DNA of 64,000 nt, taken from positions 105,524,001 to 105,588,000 of the forward strand of contig OZ024740.1 in assembly GCA_964016885.1 (NCBI GenBank), given 5' to 3'. The position numbers and the translations under genes were made by a program. Positions 40,331 through 53,039 of the stretch are shown here, one piece after another (the stretch's first letter is position 1; every line of letters starts with the position of its first letter). The notes beneath the pieces were generated by a model. That model made no database searches. It was not told the DNA's origin and saw only the letters and a list, made by a program, of their open reading frames with translations. This stretch comes from Eledone cirrhosa. Taxonomy: Eukaryota.

Positions 40331-41805
40331 AATGCAGGAATCCAGAAACATATGTATATGTGTGATATCTTTTGTTTATATTTATCGTCGAAGATCATAA
40401 ATACCAACGAGAGAAGCCAAAAAATAGGTACTCAATAAACGATGTCTCATGAGCATTTGTTCTTCACCGAGTTAGACATTCTAGTCATTTTCACTGTCAA
40501 AAGTGCAATGATGATGGAAAGGTGTAGCCAATGATGGTTTCGTACACAAATTGTGATATGAATAAATAAATAGTGAAAATATTCTAGAACAATTAGTAAG
40601 CATTAAAAATCGTGCATTTATTTAAAATATAAATACATTACAAACCATGTATTTCCTACAAAAATATGTTATATATGAACTAAAATCAACTTATGGATGT
40701 CCACAATTGAACTGGCCATCAATGTTCTTTGAGTGACAGCTAAACCTTCTATTCGAAACATTGATTTCTAAGTTAAAAAGCAAACTCTGACAATCGATGT
40801 TATTGATTTCGGCATATTTAAGTGCATTTACAATATTTTTGTTGTCGATAGCTGTAGTATTGGTTTTGTAATATTTATTTCCGCAGTAGGGTAAGTATAT
40901 ATATTTTTACTCAATCAATCATACATAATCAATTATTGTCTGATTGAAACCTTAATTCAATGATTTACCGCGTTGATGCACTCTGCTCTAATCCCTCTTC
41001 TTGACTTTGTAAACAACCAAAATAATCAATATTGATCGTAAATATTTAAGCTGTGTGATAAATCTTTCGAAAGTTTCAGGAGGGAATAAATAACTAAAAC
41101 AAAGTGTACTACTATGCAGGCCAGAAGAACGTTCACCATCACCGAAAATTTTCTAACACCTATCTGAGTGGATACCATTCCTGGGGTTATAGAAAGATCG
41201 TATGAGAAGGTTAGTTGCGGTTTCGTAAAGAGTAAGGAGGGTCAGATACAGTAAGCAAGAGGAAAATTTCATGGTTTAATTAGGCATTTAAACGTTCATC
41301 TAGTTAATTATGATAAACAGGGGTTTACAATATGAAGTACAGATAACTATATGCGGACGACAAGTAAGTGTGATGAGTAGATAGAAAAGTATGTTTGATG
41401 AATATAGAAAAATGTAAATAAATACCAGATCAAACGGCCAATCGTTAGAAATAAGACAAATACATACAAAATGGAAATAAATAGCTCGAGTAAAGCTATG
41501 GGATCGCATTCAAGCAGAGAGAAACGATGCTTCCACCTCCAAGGATGGCTGTGAAGAGAGGGTGGAATAGCTCCGAGCGATTCTTGCATAGAAAAAGGGG
41601 AGAGAATTGAGTAAATAGTGGGATAGAGAATCCAGTTTGGAAGACAAAATTATGGAAGATGAGAAAGAGATATCTGGTCAAAATTAATAATAGTTAGCCA
41701 AAAGTCAAAGAGATGAGAGTGTACTGTGTTTCGTTGAAATGTGTGATAAATCAATTATATGTAATGAAACAAGTGGAATATATATATATATATATATATA
41801 TACAT

Positions 41806-41947
<142 letters not shown>

Positions 41948-42227
41948 GTGTATATTTACACACATTTATATATAAAGAGAGAGACTGAGAGAGATTATTA
42001 ATTGCGGTAATTATGTTTATACTGGTAACAAGTGCAATGATTATATCTAGTCTGGCTCTAAAATAAAACTAATTGGTGATTAGTTCCAGATGCGTACAAC
42101 GGATATACCAACAGACAAGTTTCTGACAAGAGACACACACACAGGCTTAGATACACATTGACACACACAGACACATACACAGACACAGATACACACATAC
42201 ACGCACGCACGCACACACACACGCTCA

Positions 42228-42272
<45 letters not shown>

Positions 42273-42787
42273 ACACACACACACACACAATCACATACAC
42301 ATATATATATATATATATATGTATATAATCTTCTCATATGATCTTTCTATAATCCCAGGAATGGTATCCACCCAGGTAGGTGTTAGAACATTTTCGGTGA
42401 CGGTGTCTGTCTGTCTATGTATATATATATATAAATCAGAAGGCAGCTGAGGATTACGAATCAGACAGAAGTAGATGTAATTTACACTCAGACACAGACA
42501 CACACACAGACATATACACAGACACAGAAAAGGAATGGAAACTTGCACACTATTTTTAGAACACGTTATCTCCACAAACGTAGACTAACACCTTACACCA
42601 TTGTGTGTTTGTTGAAAGCATCAAATGGACTTATGGTGATATTAAATTGGTGATGGTTTTCCCATCCAACAATAGGTATAGTTCATGCTACGGGCTTTTG
42701 CAAAGTGTACAGCTACCAAATTATTCTCAAAACGCTTCGATTGGTCATAGCAAAAGACACTTCCTTAATATAATGGGTTCGAACGAA

Positions 42788-42942
42788 GAACAACACAAAA
42801 TATAACTACTCCATTACCAAAGGTTTCTGGATCCCAGACAATATTAATAACATCTCTGTCTGATGACCGATCCAGACGTATATTAATATTGTCTGGGATC
42901 CATAAACTTTTGGTAATGGAGTAGTTATATTTTGTGTTGTTC
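42788..42942. repeat. Fold-back palindrome containing a hammerhead (42854-42921, +)
   Basis: About 60-bp arms. CTCTGT-CTGATGA-CCGATCCAGAC...GTCTGGGATCCA-TAAA-CTTTTGG-TA-ATGGAG; the mirror arm retains GAAACCTTTGGTA. Confidence 0.75.
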
Positions 42943-43014
42943 ACTTTCTAATTAAATAGCTCTGTTCTATACATAGAGCACTCTTTTTTCCTTTGCTTTT
43001 CCTTCGGAATTACC

Positions 43015-43176
<162 letters not shown>

Positions 43177-43448
43177 ATGAAAAACGGAGATAATGACTCA
43201 GTTAATCCTCTGTAATTTGATGAGCTCAAGGAAAATTTTCCGGGCTCTTCATAATATAGTATATAGAGGAGAAAACACAAAAAGGGGTGTTTTCAGTTAC
43301 AAGGGGTATAGGACCACTATAGTGAAGAATATACAATCTACGAAAAGTGGGGAAAATACATAATAATCGAAAGGTAAAATTAAATTGTAAAATAATATAC
43401 CCCTTGTAACTGAAAGCATAACCCTTTTTGTGTTTTCCTCTCTATATA

Positions 43449-43559
<111 letters not shown>

Positions 43560-44788
43560 TATAGAGAGAGAGTGAGAGAGAGAGATTGGGGGAGGGGCGA
43601 GAGAGAGAGAGAGTGATACGGAGACAGAGAGACGGGGAGAGAGAAAAGAAAAAGAAGATATATACAGAATATTTATGCACAAATTCACATGGCCTTCGCT
43701 AATATTTATTGTTTTCTATGTATACCTGGCTGAACTTTTCAGCCGGGCCTCGTAAATCCAACTGTACCACTACTGGAAGTTTCAAAACATTAGCATTGAA
43801 CACTCCATGTTCTAGCAAGTTTTGTATTTGCCTTGTATTATAATTTTTGTTTTGAAAATTTACATAAAACTAAACAAAAACACCAATGTATAGTCGTTGT
43901 ACTATATTTCTCTTTAAGCTTTGTTCTACCTAAAATATCAATATAAATGTAAAATGGAGATGACAACGCAATGTTTAAATTGGGTCTCTCCTTTAATGGA
44001 TTTAACAGGTTCACTATTTTTGTATTAATAATTAAATACGTTCGTTCCCCACTTGCTGCTCTTCCACAGTACCAATAGTCATTGATATAGAGAGTTAATA
44101 ATCATCATGCAATATAGGATGTATTGTATGTTCTTTTACAGTTGTTAGCATGTTTGTCCGAAGCAAGTATTTAAACAAGCGCCAAAACAATAGACTAGTT
44201 CCGTCAGTTATCAATATATACACAAATTATCGGAGCAGAAAAAAAGAATTTCTCCTGTACATCAATTTGCCGTCCGATAACCCCAGTGCTTAAGGCGCTA
44301 ATGTTTCCCAAGCAAAGTGAACACACATAGTTATCGTTGTTTGTACAGCAAAAGTACATATTATATAGAGAGAGCATGGAGAGTAAATGACTCGCGCTAG
44401 AACAACAGAATATTACTTAATATTAGTAATAACTTGTCCAACTGCATATATCCAGACAACTGTTTCTGGCTTGGAATAAAACACGTTAACCGCAATTATG
44501 TTGATGAATACTATTACAAGAATCATGTCGTCGTCAGGGGAGGAAGTCAATCTTTGTTAATCAATAACATAGTTAATTAATCAGTAAATTAATCAACATT
44601 GCTTAAATTCTATCCATTTTGATAATCCTGATGATATGCAGGTTTTTGTGTATTGTGTAAATAATTGTTATTAGTTATAACTGATTGATTCGTTGTTTAC
44701 ATATGCATGCAAGCTTATTACCTGTATAGAAACGATCGTAGATATTGAAAATGGATTTAATTTGAGAACCTTGGTTATCTTCATTTTA

Positions 44789-44900
<112 letters not shown>

Positions 44901-45141
44901 CACACAAACTCATGCTTACGCACATGCTCAAGTATAGCGCTTTTTACAAAACGTTTTTTTTTTCATTTCAGGTAGAAGCGCGCCATCATCCACTTTTCTA
45001 AAAGACAAATCATACACAAAACGCCAGCACCAACAGTTTTGCAAGAGATGTCAACATGAATGGACCTGTTATTTTTATCTAAAGACATTTTTTCCAATCC
45101 CATCCTGCCCGTCCCCTCAAACTATTTTATTTCTCATTCAT

Positions 45142-45177
45142 TCTTCTGATGAAAGACTAGCGTCCGAAACGTTAAGA
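45142..45177 (+). ncRNA. Minimal hammerhead motif
   Basis: TCTT-CTGATGA-AAGAC TAGC GTCC-GAAA-CG-TT-AAGA. Confidence 0.65.
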
Positions 45178-45261
45178 CCCCCTTCCTGCTATATCAAGCG
45201 GTAACCTAATATATACCTTCCATATACTGTACCGATTGTGTTGTTATTTCTGTTTAACTTT

Positions 45262-45337
<76 letters not shown>

Positions 45338-45381
45338 TGAAAAAGAACAAAGGAACTATTATGACATTATAACGAGTTTAT

Positions 45382-45428
45382 TGCCGACAGCCGTTTCGTC
45401 CGACCATATGGTGGGACTTTTCAAGACA
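45382..45428 (-). ncRNA. Hammerhead with U3-A8 compensatory core (UUGAAAA), GUC site
   Basis: On the minus strand: TGTC-TTGAAAA-GTCC CACCATATGGTC GGAC-GAAA-CGGCTG-TC-GGCA, then AATAAA. Confidence 0.75.
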
Positions 45429-47923
45429 TATAACATGTGATTGTAGGATCATTATTTACATCAACGTATCACTCAAGGCTAGCAGTTTGAAATTGTGGTA
45501 TACATCAGCAGCTCCGCTTGTATAGTTGGGGTCTATATTCTAAGGGGGCTCTTTTATATTAGTTGTCGGGGTCAGGGATTGAAGGTTAAAAATTAGATAA
45601 TATATAATTTACGCATTAACAGTAAACTAAAAGACTTGGGATCCCGTAGAAGCACCTTAAAAAATCCCTCAATAAGTGCATAAAGCTTACAGGCTCCAAT
45701 AGGCCTAATAAACTAGAAGAAATTAAGAGGCTAATAAAATAAAAAATAAAAAATAAAAATATAAAGTTTCCCTAAAAAATATAAAGTTTCCTATGAAATT
45801 CCTTCGAGAGAAAAAAATTTTTTTCCCCAAAGAAAAAAAATTTCTTTCCCCGGGATCACGTTTACAAATTTCTGAAAACGTACGAAGTTTTGATATTCCC
45901 TACTAAGTTGAAAGAAACTAATCACTTAAAGGTTAATTCAAAGAGCCTTCTATAAATCTCTCAGAAAAGGCCCCTTTAATATTTTTAATAGGAACTTCCT
46001 CCGAGAGACCCTTCGAAGAATTAAAATTTTAGAGAGCCTTTAAGGATATTTATAAAAACGAATTGAGGAAAATTATACATTAAAAGTTAAAAATTACGGT
46101 ATTTGGGATATCCGAGGAATTTTCCAAGGGCTGCTTCAACAGATACAACTTAGGCATAATATATACAATAATTTAAGTAATTTAAGTAATTTAATTAGGG
46201 AGCAATTCAAAGAGTTTGTCAAGTTGGGCAAGATTAAAGAAAGTGGTAAATAAGAAAATACATAAGCAAAAAGACAATAATTATAACATGTATTTTTAAG
46301 AAGGTATAAGGTAGCTTCAGTAATCTAACAATGTATTATCACAAAAAATGATCATAAAATTATTGATACAGGATTAACAAAGACATAATAATATATTCCT
46401 GCCTAATTAACCAGTAATCAATACACTATTAACAGTCAGGCAAAATTAGCTCAGGGATATCCCGCGCTCGGATACTTTACACACATACAGTAACACATAG
46501 GATTAGCACAGACATAATGATATATTCCTGCCTAGTTAACAAGCAATCAATTAACAATTGATGGTCAAGAAAATGTACTCAGAGATATCCCGCGCACGGA
46601 TATTTACATACATACAACAGGATGAACAGTACTGGTGACCGTGTGGGCGCGATATCCATTATGCGTATGTAGTCATCTGCATAGCTCCAGGCACTGTTGG
46701 TCTTGTTTAAAAGTTCATAGTTCACGGATCAACTGGGATTCACTATCAGCTGCGTGGACTCTCTGGGAAATGTACCTGTGGATCTAATAGCTAGTGGTTG
46801 CTGGGTGTGGTCCGTTCGATCTTTTAGTTTCGGGGGTTGCACGCTTTTGCGATAGACCAGCCTGCCGGTTCTAAGTCCAAGGTCTCGCTACATAGGATGT
46901 ATTGGTCTACATGCTATATTGGTAAAAAAACCAGTGTGGATTTGATTGGGGTGGTATATTACGAACTCCAAGCCCACACGCGACTGGTCAAAAGCGAAGG
47001 GTTGTCCCCTCTTTGTTTGCTGTATGGGTCGGTTCCAGCTTAGATGGTGGTCGTGTTATCGATATTCCGTCAGCCCTGTATATTCAAGACAGATCAGGGT
47101 ATATATTTGCGGGTATGGTCCGGCGTCTACGCTATCCAAAGGGTCTCACTTGTGGTATTTTCAAGCTCGCATGTCATCTCCCGGTTAAGACTGCGCATGC
47201 TTCGGTGAATCTCATGCATGGAATCTTGGGGTATAATATTACACGGGGTGACTAGCAGAAAATATATATTCTATGCTATCGCGCACGCGCTGGCCTGTGG
47301 CTACGACCGTGTCCAGTCTCGGGTAGTAGCAGACAGCAGGTAGACCAGCTAGACACACCCCTGTTCAAGGGGCACAACCCCTAACTTATCGAGTGGCCAG
47401 ACTTCAAGGGAGTCAACTCTCCAAGCCCATTAAGTCGACTGTGGTAAAATACAAAAAAATCCTATTACTAAAGAACTAATCACTGATAATAAAGAACTAA
47501 CTCAAAAGATGTGAGTGGGGGAGAGTGGGGAGGGCATCTATTTGGGCGGGGATTTACTAAGGGAGGGGGTGGGGGTGAGTGGTTATAGGCAGGGAGCGGC
47601 CGCCATATTGGGTGTTTTGTTACTGTTTCCCTGGGCCTGTTCTCGAGTTTGTTGACATACATCTCCGACGGCACCTTCCCAGATTAGTCAACGTGGTTCC
47701 AGGCACTCACATTGTCCTACATCGCAGGCATCAGCTGCCCCCAGGGTGCCCAGCAACAATGTTGCCACCAATCCCAGGCTGGCAGGTGGGACACAGGGTC
47801 GTCTGTTCCTCACCCGAGTCCTCATCGCCAATCGGGGAGCCGAGGCATCTATGCGGCCGGGGTTACTAGAGAGCACCTGTTCGCCAGCGGGGCTGCCAAG
47901 TGCGGGACAGGGTGGTGTCAGGG

Positions 47924-48600
47924 CTATGTGTCCGGTCTGAAGAAAAAGAAAGAGCTAAGTATAGTATGGGGGCAGGACGAGAAGATTTCTGATCTCCTGT
48001 TGAGCAAGTTGAGTCCTGAGAATACTATGGCATGAGATTCAGATAGGCACAGGCTACAAAACCTGCTCAACGAGCTATATGGAGGAGCTTTAGTAAGGCA
48101 TCTCCAGCTTAGTGTGTAGGGGGGTTTTGTTTGTTTTAAGTTATGTATATGCCCCGCTAACGACGTGGTATTTTTAAGCTTCTCATATCGGAAGCTATGC
48201 TGGTGGGCGTTGAACCTCGTCTTGAACTCGTTAGCGGTTGATCCCACATACGTCTTAGTATACGTGTCTGTGGTTACGTTACAAGCATATACCACGTTCC
48301 TAATAAGGCAGTGTCCAGCTAGTGTGCATTTGTCCTTCCTTCTGCAATTACACTTTTTAATAGGGTCATGCTCCTCAATCAGGGGTGCATGTCCCTCCAA
48401 GCAGCCGCGGGGCTGCCTAGTGAGACCGGTTCTATTGCCTATTATTCCCCTGGGTCTTTCACTCAGTGGGTTGGTCCCGTGTTGTCGTGTGTACTGGCGT
48501 GGTTCACTATTTCGGATGGCCTTAAGTCCCTCTTTAATCTTACTCTTATTGGTCTTAGCTAGGTGTGAGGCCAGATTAGGGGTTGTAGAGTACGATAGCT
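47924..48600 (-). CDS. PLE C-terminal linker + GIY-YIG endonuclease (open, 5'-truncated)
   Basis: LSYSTTPNL...KCNCRRKDKCTLAGHCLIRNVVYAC...YVGSTANEFKTRFNAHQHSF...SLAGHI...CSLCLSE...LLNRRSEIFSSCPH. Confidence 0.9.
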
Positions 48601-48846
48601 AGAGTATTTCTGCTCTGCGTATACGCATAGAGCTTAACTAGCTACCGTCACATATTTGGTAGGTCAGACGTGATCATCGCGATTCACATACGACCTACCA
48701 TACATCTTGCTTATATATATATATATATATATATATTTATAAGTATTGAAGTTTCCGTTGAAAATTGAAAAATTCATAGGAGTGAAGAGTGCTCTATGTA
48801 AGTACCAGAGCTAAATTTAATGTATAATAAACAATACAATATAATT

Positions 48847-48917
48847 ACCTCATTACCAGAGGTTTCCCGAATAAGATGAATACAAGAAACGTCCTCATTC
48901 GTTCGTCGGACAAGGCA
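48847..48917 (-). ncRNA. Hammerhead with CCGACGA core (same family as 42854)
   Basis: On the minus strand: CCTTGT-CCGACGA-A CGAATGAGG...TCTTATTCG G-GAAA-CCTCTGG-TA-ATGAGG. Downstream AGCTCTG...CATAGAGCACTCTT is shared with 42955-42985. Confidence 0.68.
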
Positions 48918-49475
48918 ATTTAAAACATAGTGAAATATTTGAAAAATCTCATCAAGAAAGGCAAAAGTTTAACGGGCAACAAAAATATATAAATAAAAGT
49001 AATGCAAGAGATATATAAAAATAAAATAAGGAAATATAGTTAAGGTATGTGTATAAATGTAGTGAAAACATGTGTGCATAAGTACATATATGAGGGCAAG
49101 CATATCAGTGTATGTGTGACCACAAATACGTATATAATATATGTTGAAAAAGAAATTGTAAGATAATAGAGTTAACGTACATTCAGACTCAGGTATTAAG
49201 GATTGAAATATATACACATACAATAATGAAAGCACGCGTATAAACACACACACACGCACAACCACATACATGCGAGTGATATATACAGGGAAGGGAGTGT
49301 ATCAGTCAAAGCAGTGTCAGTCTGAAGATCGATACATATATAAAAATGAAAAAATGCAAAAATCTATGAGAATAAAAAAATTTTAAATCAAAAAGAAAGT
49401 AAGGGGGCGGGGTTATCAATTATAAAGTAACACTAGAAAAAATAGAAAACAAACATAGGTTCGTACGTACACATA

Positions 49476-49517
<42 letters not shown>

Positions 49518-49985
49518 AATATATATATAAATACGTACAGACAAAAGCACATACATGCGTACATACATACAAAGGCGCGCATACATACACACGAAGCACA
49601 CATATATATATAGGCACATGTATATCTAATCACACGCACGCACGCGACCATACATATATATCTATACACACATACATACACATACATATATATATATATA
49701 CATATACATACACACATAAACACACACACCTAAATATCAGAAATAAAGACACACATACACACACACATATACACACACACGCGCACATACGAATGCATTC
49801 GTATGCATATACAAAGACGCATACACATACATAAACTTACATAGGAATACAAGTTAAATCATAAACTCGCCATCTACGTAAACCCCTTGTTGAGTCAAAC
49901 AAAGCCGTACGCTAAAACTATCCATAATAAGAAGTATTCACAACCTCTTACTGGATTACCTATAACGATATTTTGTTATCCCTTG

Positions 49986-50052
<67 letters not shown>

Positions 50053-50070
50053 ATATATATATATATATAC

Positions 50071-50877
50071 AAACGGAGAAAAATGAAACGAAATTTCATT
50101 TCCCACTCTTAGTACGGCTGTTTCTTAAATATAAGTATGTACACGTACATACATATATGTATATATATATACATACATGCACACATATATACATGTACGT
50201 ATGGATTCACCGAACATTTATTATAATGCTCGGTGTGTTTGTAAACAAACATCTCGTATTAAGCCGTAGTGTCCAGCAACCATCGTTGCTCGTTTGTGAA
50301 ACACTGACAAAGGAACGCTGTACTAGTTTTAAGCTTATTAGCTATCGTCAGCAACGTATACCTTCCTGCCAGATTGTTGAACGTATATACCTACCTTATG
50401 CATATTAACGGCTGAGAAGCCCAATTTGCATATCGAGTGGGTTAATCGGCCGGGTGCACCGAAAACGATAAACGGAAAAAATGAAACGAAATTTCATTTC
50501 CCACTCTTAGTACGGCTGTTACTTAAATATAAGTATGTACACGTACATACATATATGTATACAGGCGTATAGTAGTATGTATATATATATACATACATGC
50601 ACACATATATACATGTACGTATGGATTCACCGAACATTTATTATAATGCTCGGTGTGTTTGTAAACAGGCATCCCGTATTAAGCCGTAGTGTCTAGCAAC
50701 CATCTTTGCTCGTTTGTGTAACACTGACAAAGGAACGCTGTACTAGTTTTAAGCTTATTAGCTATCGTCAGCAACGTATACCTTCCTGCCAGATTGTTGA
50801 ACGTATATACTTACCTTATGCATATTAACGGCTGAGAAGCCCAATTTGCATATCGAGTGGGTTAATCGGCCGGGTGA
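50071..50877 (-). repeat. Tandem dimer (about 400-420-bp unit), each unit with a hammerhead-like motif (50316-50356, 50736-50776)
   Basis: The two units are near-identical. On the minus strand: CGTTG-CTGACGA-TAGCT AATA AGCTT-AAAA-CTAG-TA-CAGCG. Confidence 0.8.
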
Positions 50878-51209
50878 TATATATATCTTACTCCACTTCT
50901 AATATAATCCCCCAGAATTGCCGTGCCATGTGTTCTGGGTTTTAACAGTTCACACCGACTGCCATTATTGTATCTGAGCCAATCAATAAAAAGTACAAAT
51001 TGCCGTACAATTTAATGAAAGAATGAACAAAAAGTTAGCAAATTCAAATATATTCTACGCACTTCTTTCATAGTCAATATATTCATTTATTAATTGTCTT
51101 TACTATGATGATGGTTGTTGTTTAGCCCAGACGAAACATATCTATGATCAACTGTATTCCAGCAGTGGCCACCATGCTTTTATTTAGACATGTGGGACTA
51201 CATTATGTA

Positions 51210-51310
51210 CCGAGGTTAACTTTGCTTTTCATCCTTACGGGGTCGATAAAATAAAGTACCAGTAATACACTGGGATAATTGCTGGCCTTGTGCCAATAGT
51301 AGAAACAATT
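51210..51310 (+). mobile_element. 5'-truncated SINE
   Basis: CCGAGGTTAACTTTGC...GTAGAAACA, flanked by ATTATGTA duplicates. Confidence 0.82.
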
Positions 51311-52094
51311 ATGTAATGTATCCATTTTAAAAGACTGTAATGTGTAATTTGAGAGAGATATTTGTTACTATTTCTAGCAGTTCAAAACCTCAAGCCCGGC
51401 TTAAATTTCGCTTACTCAGTTGGTAAATTTATTGATTCCGGAATTGTGCGCAATTTTTGAAATATAATTAAAATCAATCTGAAGATGAATAGAAAACTTG
51501 AAGTAGGCATATTTTGTTCATTAAAATTCTAATTTATTTTCTTTCTACTGTTTTGGACTAAACGATCCTAATTTTATACATCTTAATTGCTATGTTGCCA
51601 ATGTTGAATGTAGTAGTCTCATTCAATGAACAATAACTCCTTCCAGAAATAGATTACAAAGAAAACATCAACATTGCGGAACACTTGTCAGTCATTATCT
51701 CTTTTGGTCTGTATTTCAAAATTTCATCTTCGTCGGTTGTTGTATCGTAGTTGAGATTTAAATTCAATTTACACAACAAAACAGTATGGAGATAAATTTA
51801 CTCTCGGAAAGATGACACAATGTAAACAGAACGAAAATATTTACGAATTCCTGATTTATTTTGCCATGAAACTTATGGCTATACTAACGACATGGAGAGC
51901 GGCAAAAGTGGCCACAATTACATTTTATAAACGAATAAATCAGGAGAAATTACACGGATAGTAAAACCTGTCTATTTCTGTTTGTCGTTTCGTAAAACGA
52001 TTTATTTTCTGCTCATCATCAAAAGTATTTTCGAGCTTGGATTGAACTCAAGAAAACTTATTTTCCTCAGGCATTTCAGGTGTTAATAGCCTAC

Positions 52095-52225
52095 CGAGAA
52101 TTTGGAAACCATTTAGTCCTATATTTCACGCAAGGCTCCAATACCAAATTTCCATGGCAAATATTTCGGATCTTCCGTTCTTCTGTACGAAAGAAATATC
52201 TACGTAACAGTTGGTGAATTCTTTC
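52095..52225 (-). CDS. Possible isolated host exon (131 bp)
   Basis: A polypyrimidine tract + CAG acceptor and a G|GTAGGC donor flank the open frame ERIHQLLRRYFFRTEERKIRNICHGNLVLEPCVKYRTKWFPNS. No recognised homology. Confidence 0.25.
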
Positions 52226-52697
52226 CTGTAATGAAGGGAGAGAAACAGGTAAAATTAATAGAGTGAATATGAAACCTAAGGTATTGAAAATTAGTGTGAT
52301 AAGAAAATACACTTGAATGAGTGTATATGAACTTTTAATGAAGCATCCAACATACGGAGTGTAAATTTCAAATAAATATAGCAATTCAACTATTTATAAA
52401 TATAGCAATTCAACTAGTTCAGTAACTGGGGATATTTAAAGACAATTCAACACCGTCACGGCTAAAGCCCTGTATGATACACATCAATATCTGAATAGCT
52501 TAAATACTTGACTTAAATTCAGTGTGTGTGCGTGTGTTTCTGTGCATGTGGGTATGTGTGTGTACATCTCTCTCTCTCTATTGTATACATTTATACAAAT
52601 CAGTTTTAATGCTCTCAGTGGATGTTGCCAGAAGCATTTTATTTTATCTATGGATATACTTGAACTTATGTTTGTCAATATTATAATGTTATTATTG

Positions 52698-52892
52698 GAT
52701 TGGCAGAGTCGTTAGGGCGTGTTAGCAGTGTTTGTTTCAGATCATTACGTTCTAATTTCACATCCCGTCTAGGTCAACTTTGTTTTTCGTCCTTCCGGAG
52801 TCGATGAAATAAATCCCTGGGATCGATATAATCGACTGCTCACATCCACCCACGACCAAACTTGCTGGTCTTGTGCCAATGTTATAAAGAAT
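52698..52892 (+). mobile_element. Old SINE copy
   Basis: GATTGGCAGAGTCGTTAG...GGTCAACTTTG..TTTC.TCC...GTCGAT..AATAA...CTTGTGCCAA. Confidence 0.7.
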
Positions 52893-53039
52893 TATAATGG
52901 TGATGGATTATTTGAATCGTTACCAACGTTGGAAATCAACACGTTGAACAGATTTTATTGCGTTTAACTGATGAGTAATCTTCAATATATGCTTTCATCA
53001 GATGATGTAGATATGCTGTCACCAACCGATGGGCCGAGT

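Larger units (their letters stand above)
45335..48602 (-). mobile_element. 5'-truncated PLE with GIY-YIG ORF and about 2.6-kb 3' region ending in a hammerhead
   Basis: The ORF and the terminal hammerhead + AATAAA are on the same strand, bounded by (TA)n. Continuity of the middle section is inferred. Confidence 0.72.

Noticed and set aside
43220-43255. TTGATGA/ATGAAGA-flanked hairpin
   Set aside because: No GAAA-stem III-NUH after the stem on either strand.
52968-53002. CTGATGA on both strands flanking a short loop
   Set aside because: A simple hairpin with no GAAA or stem III.
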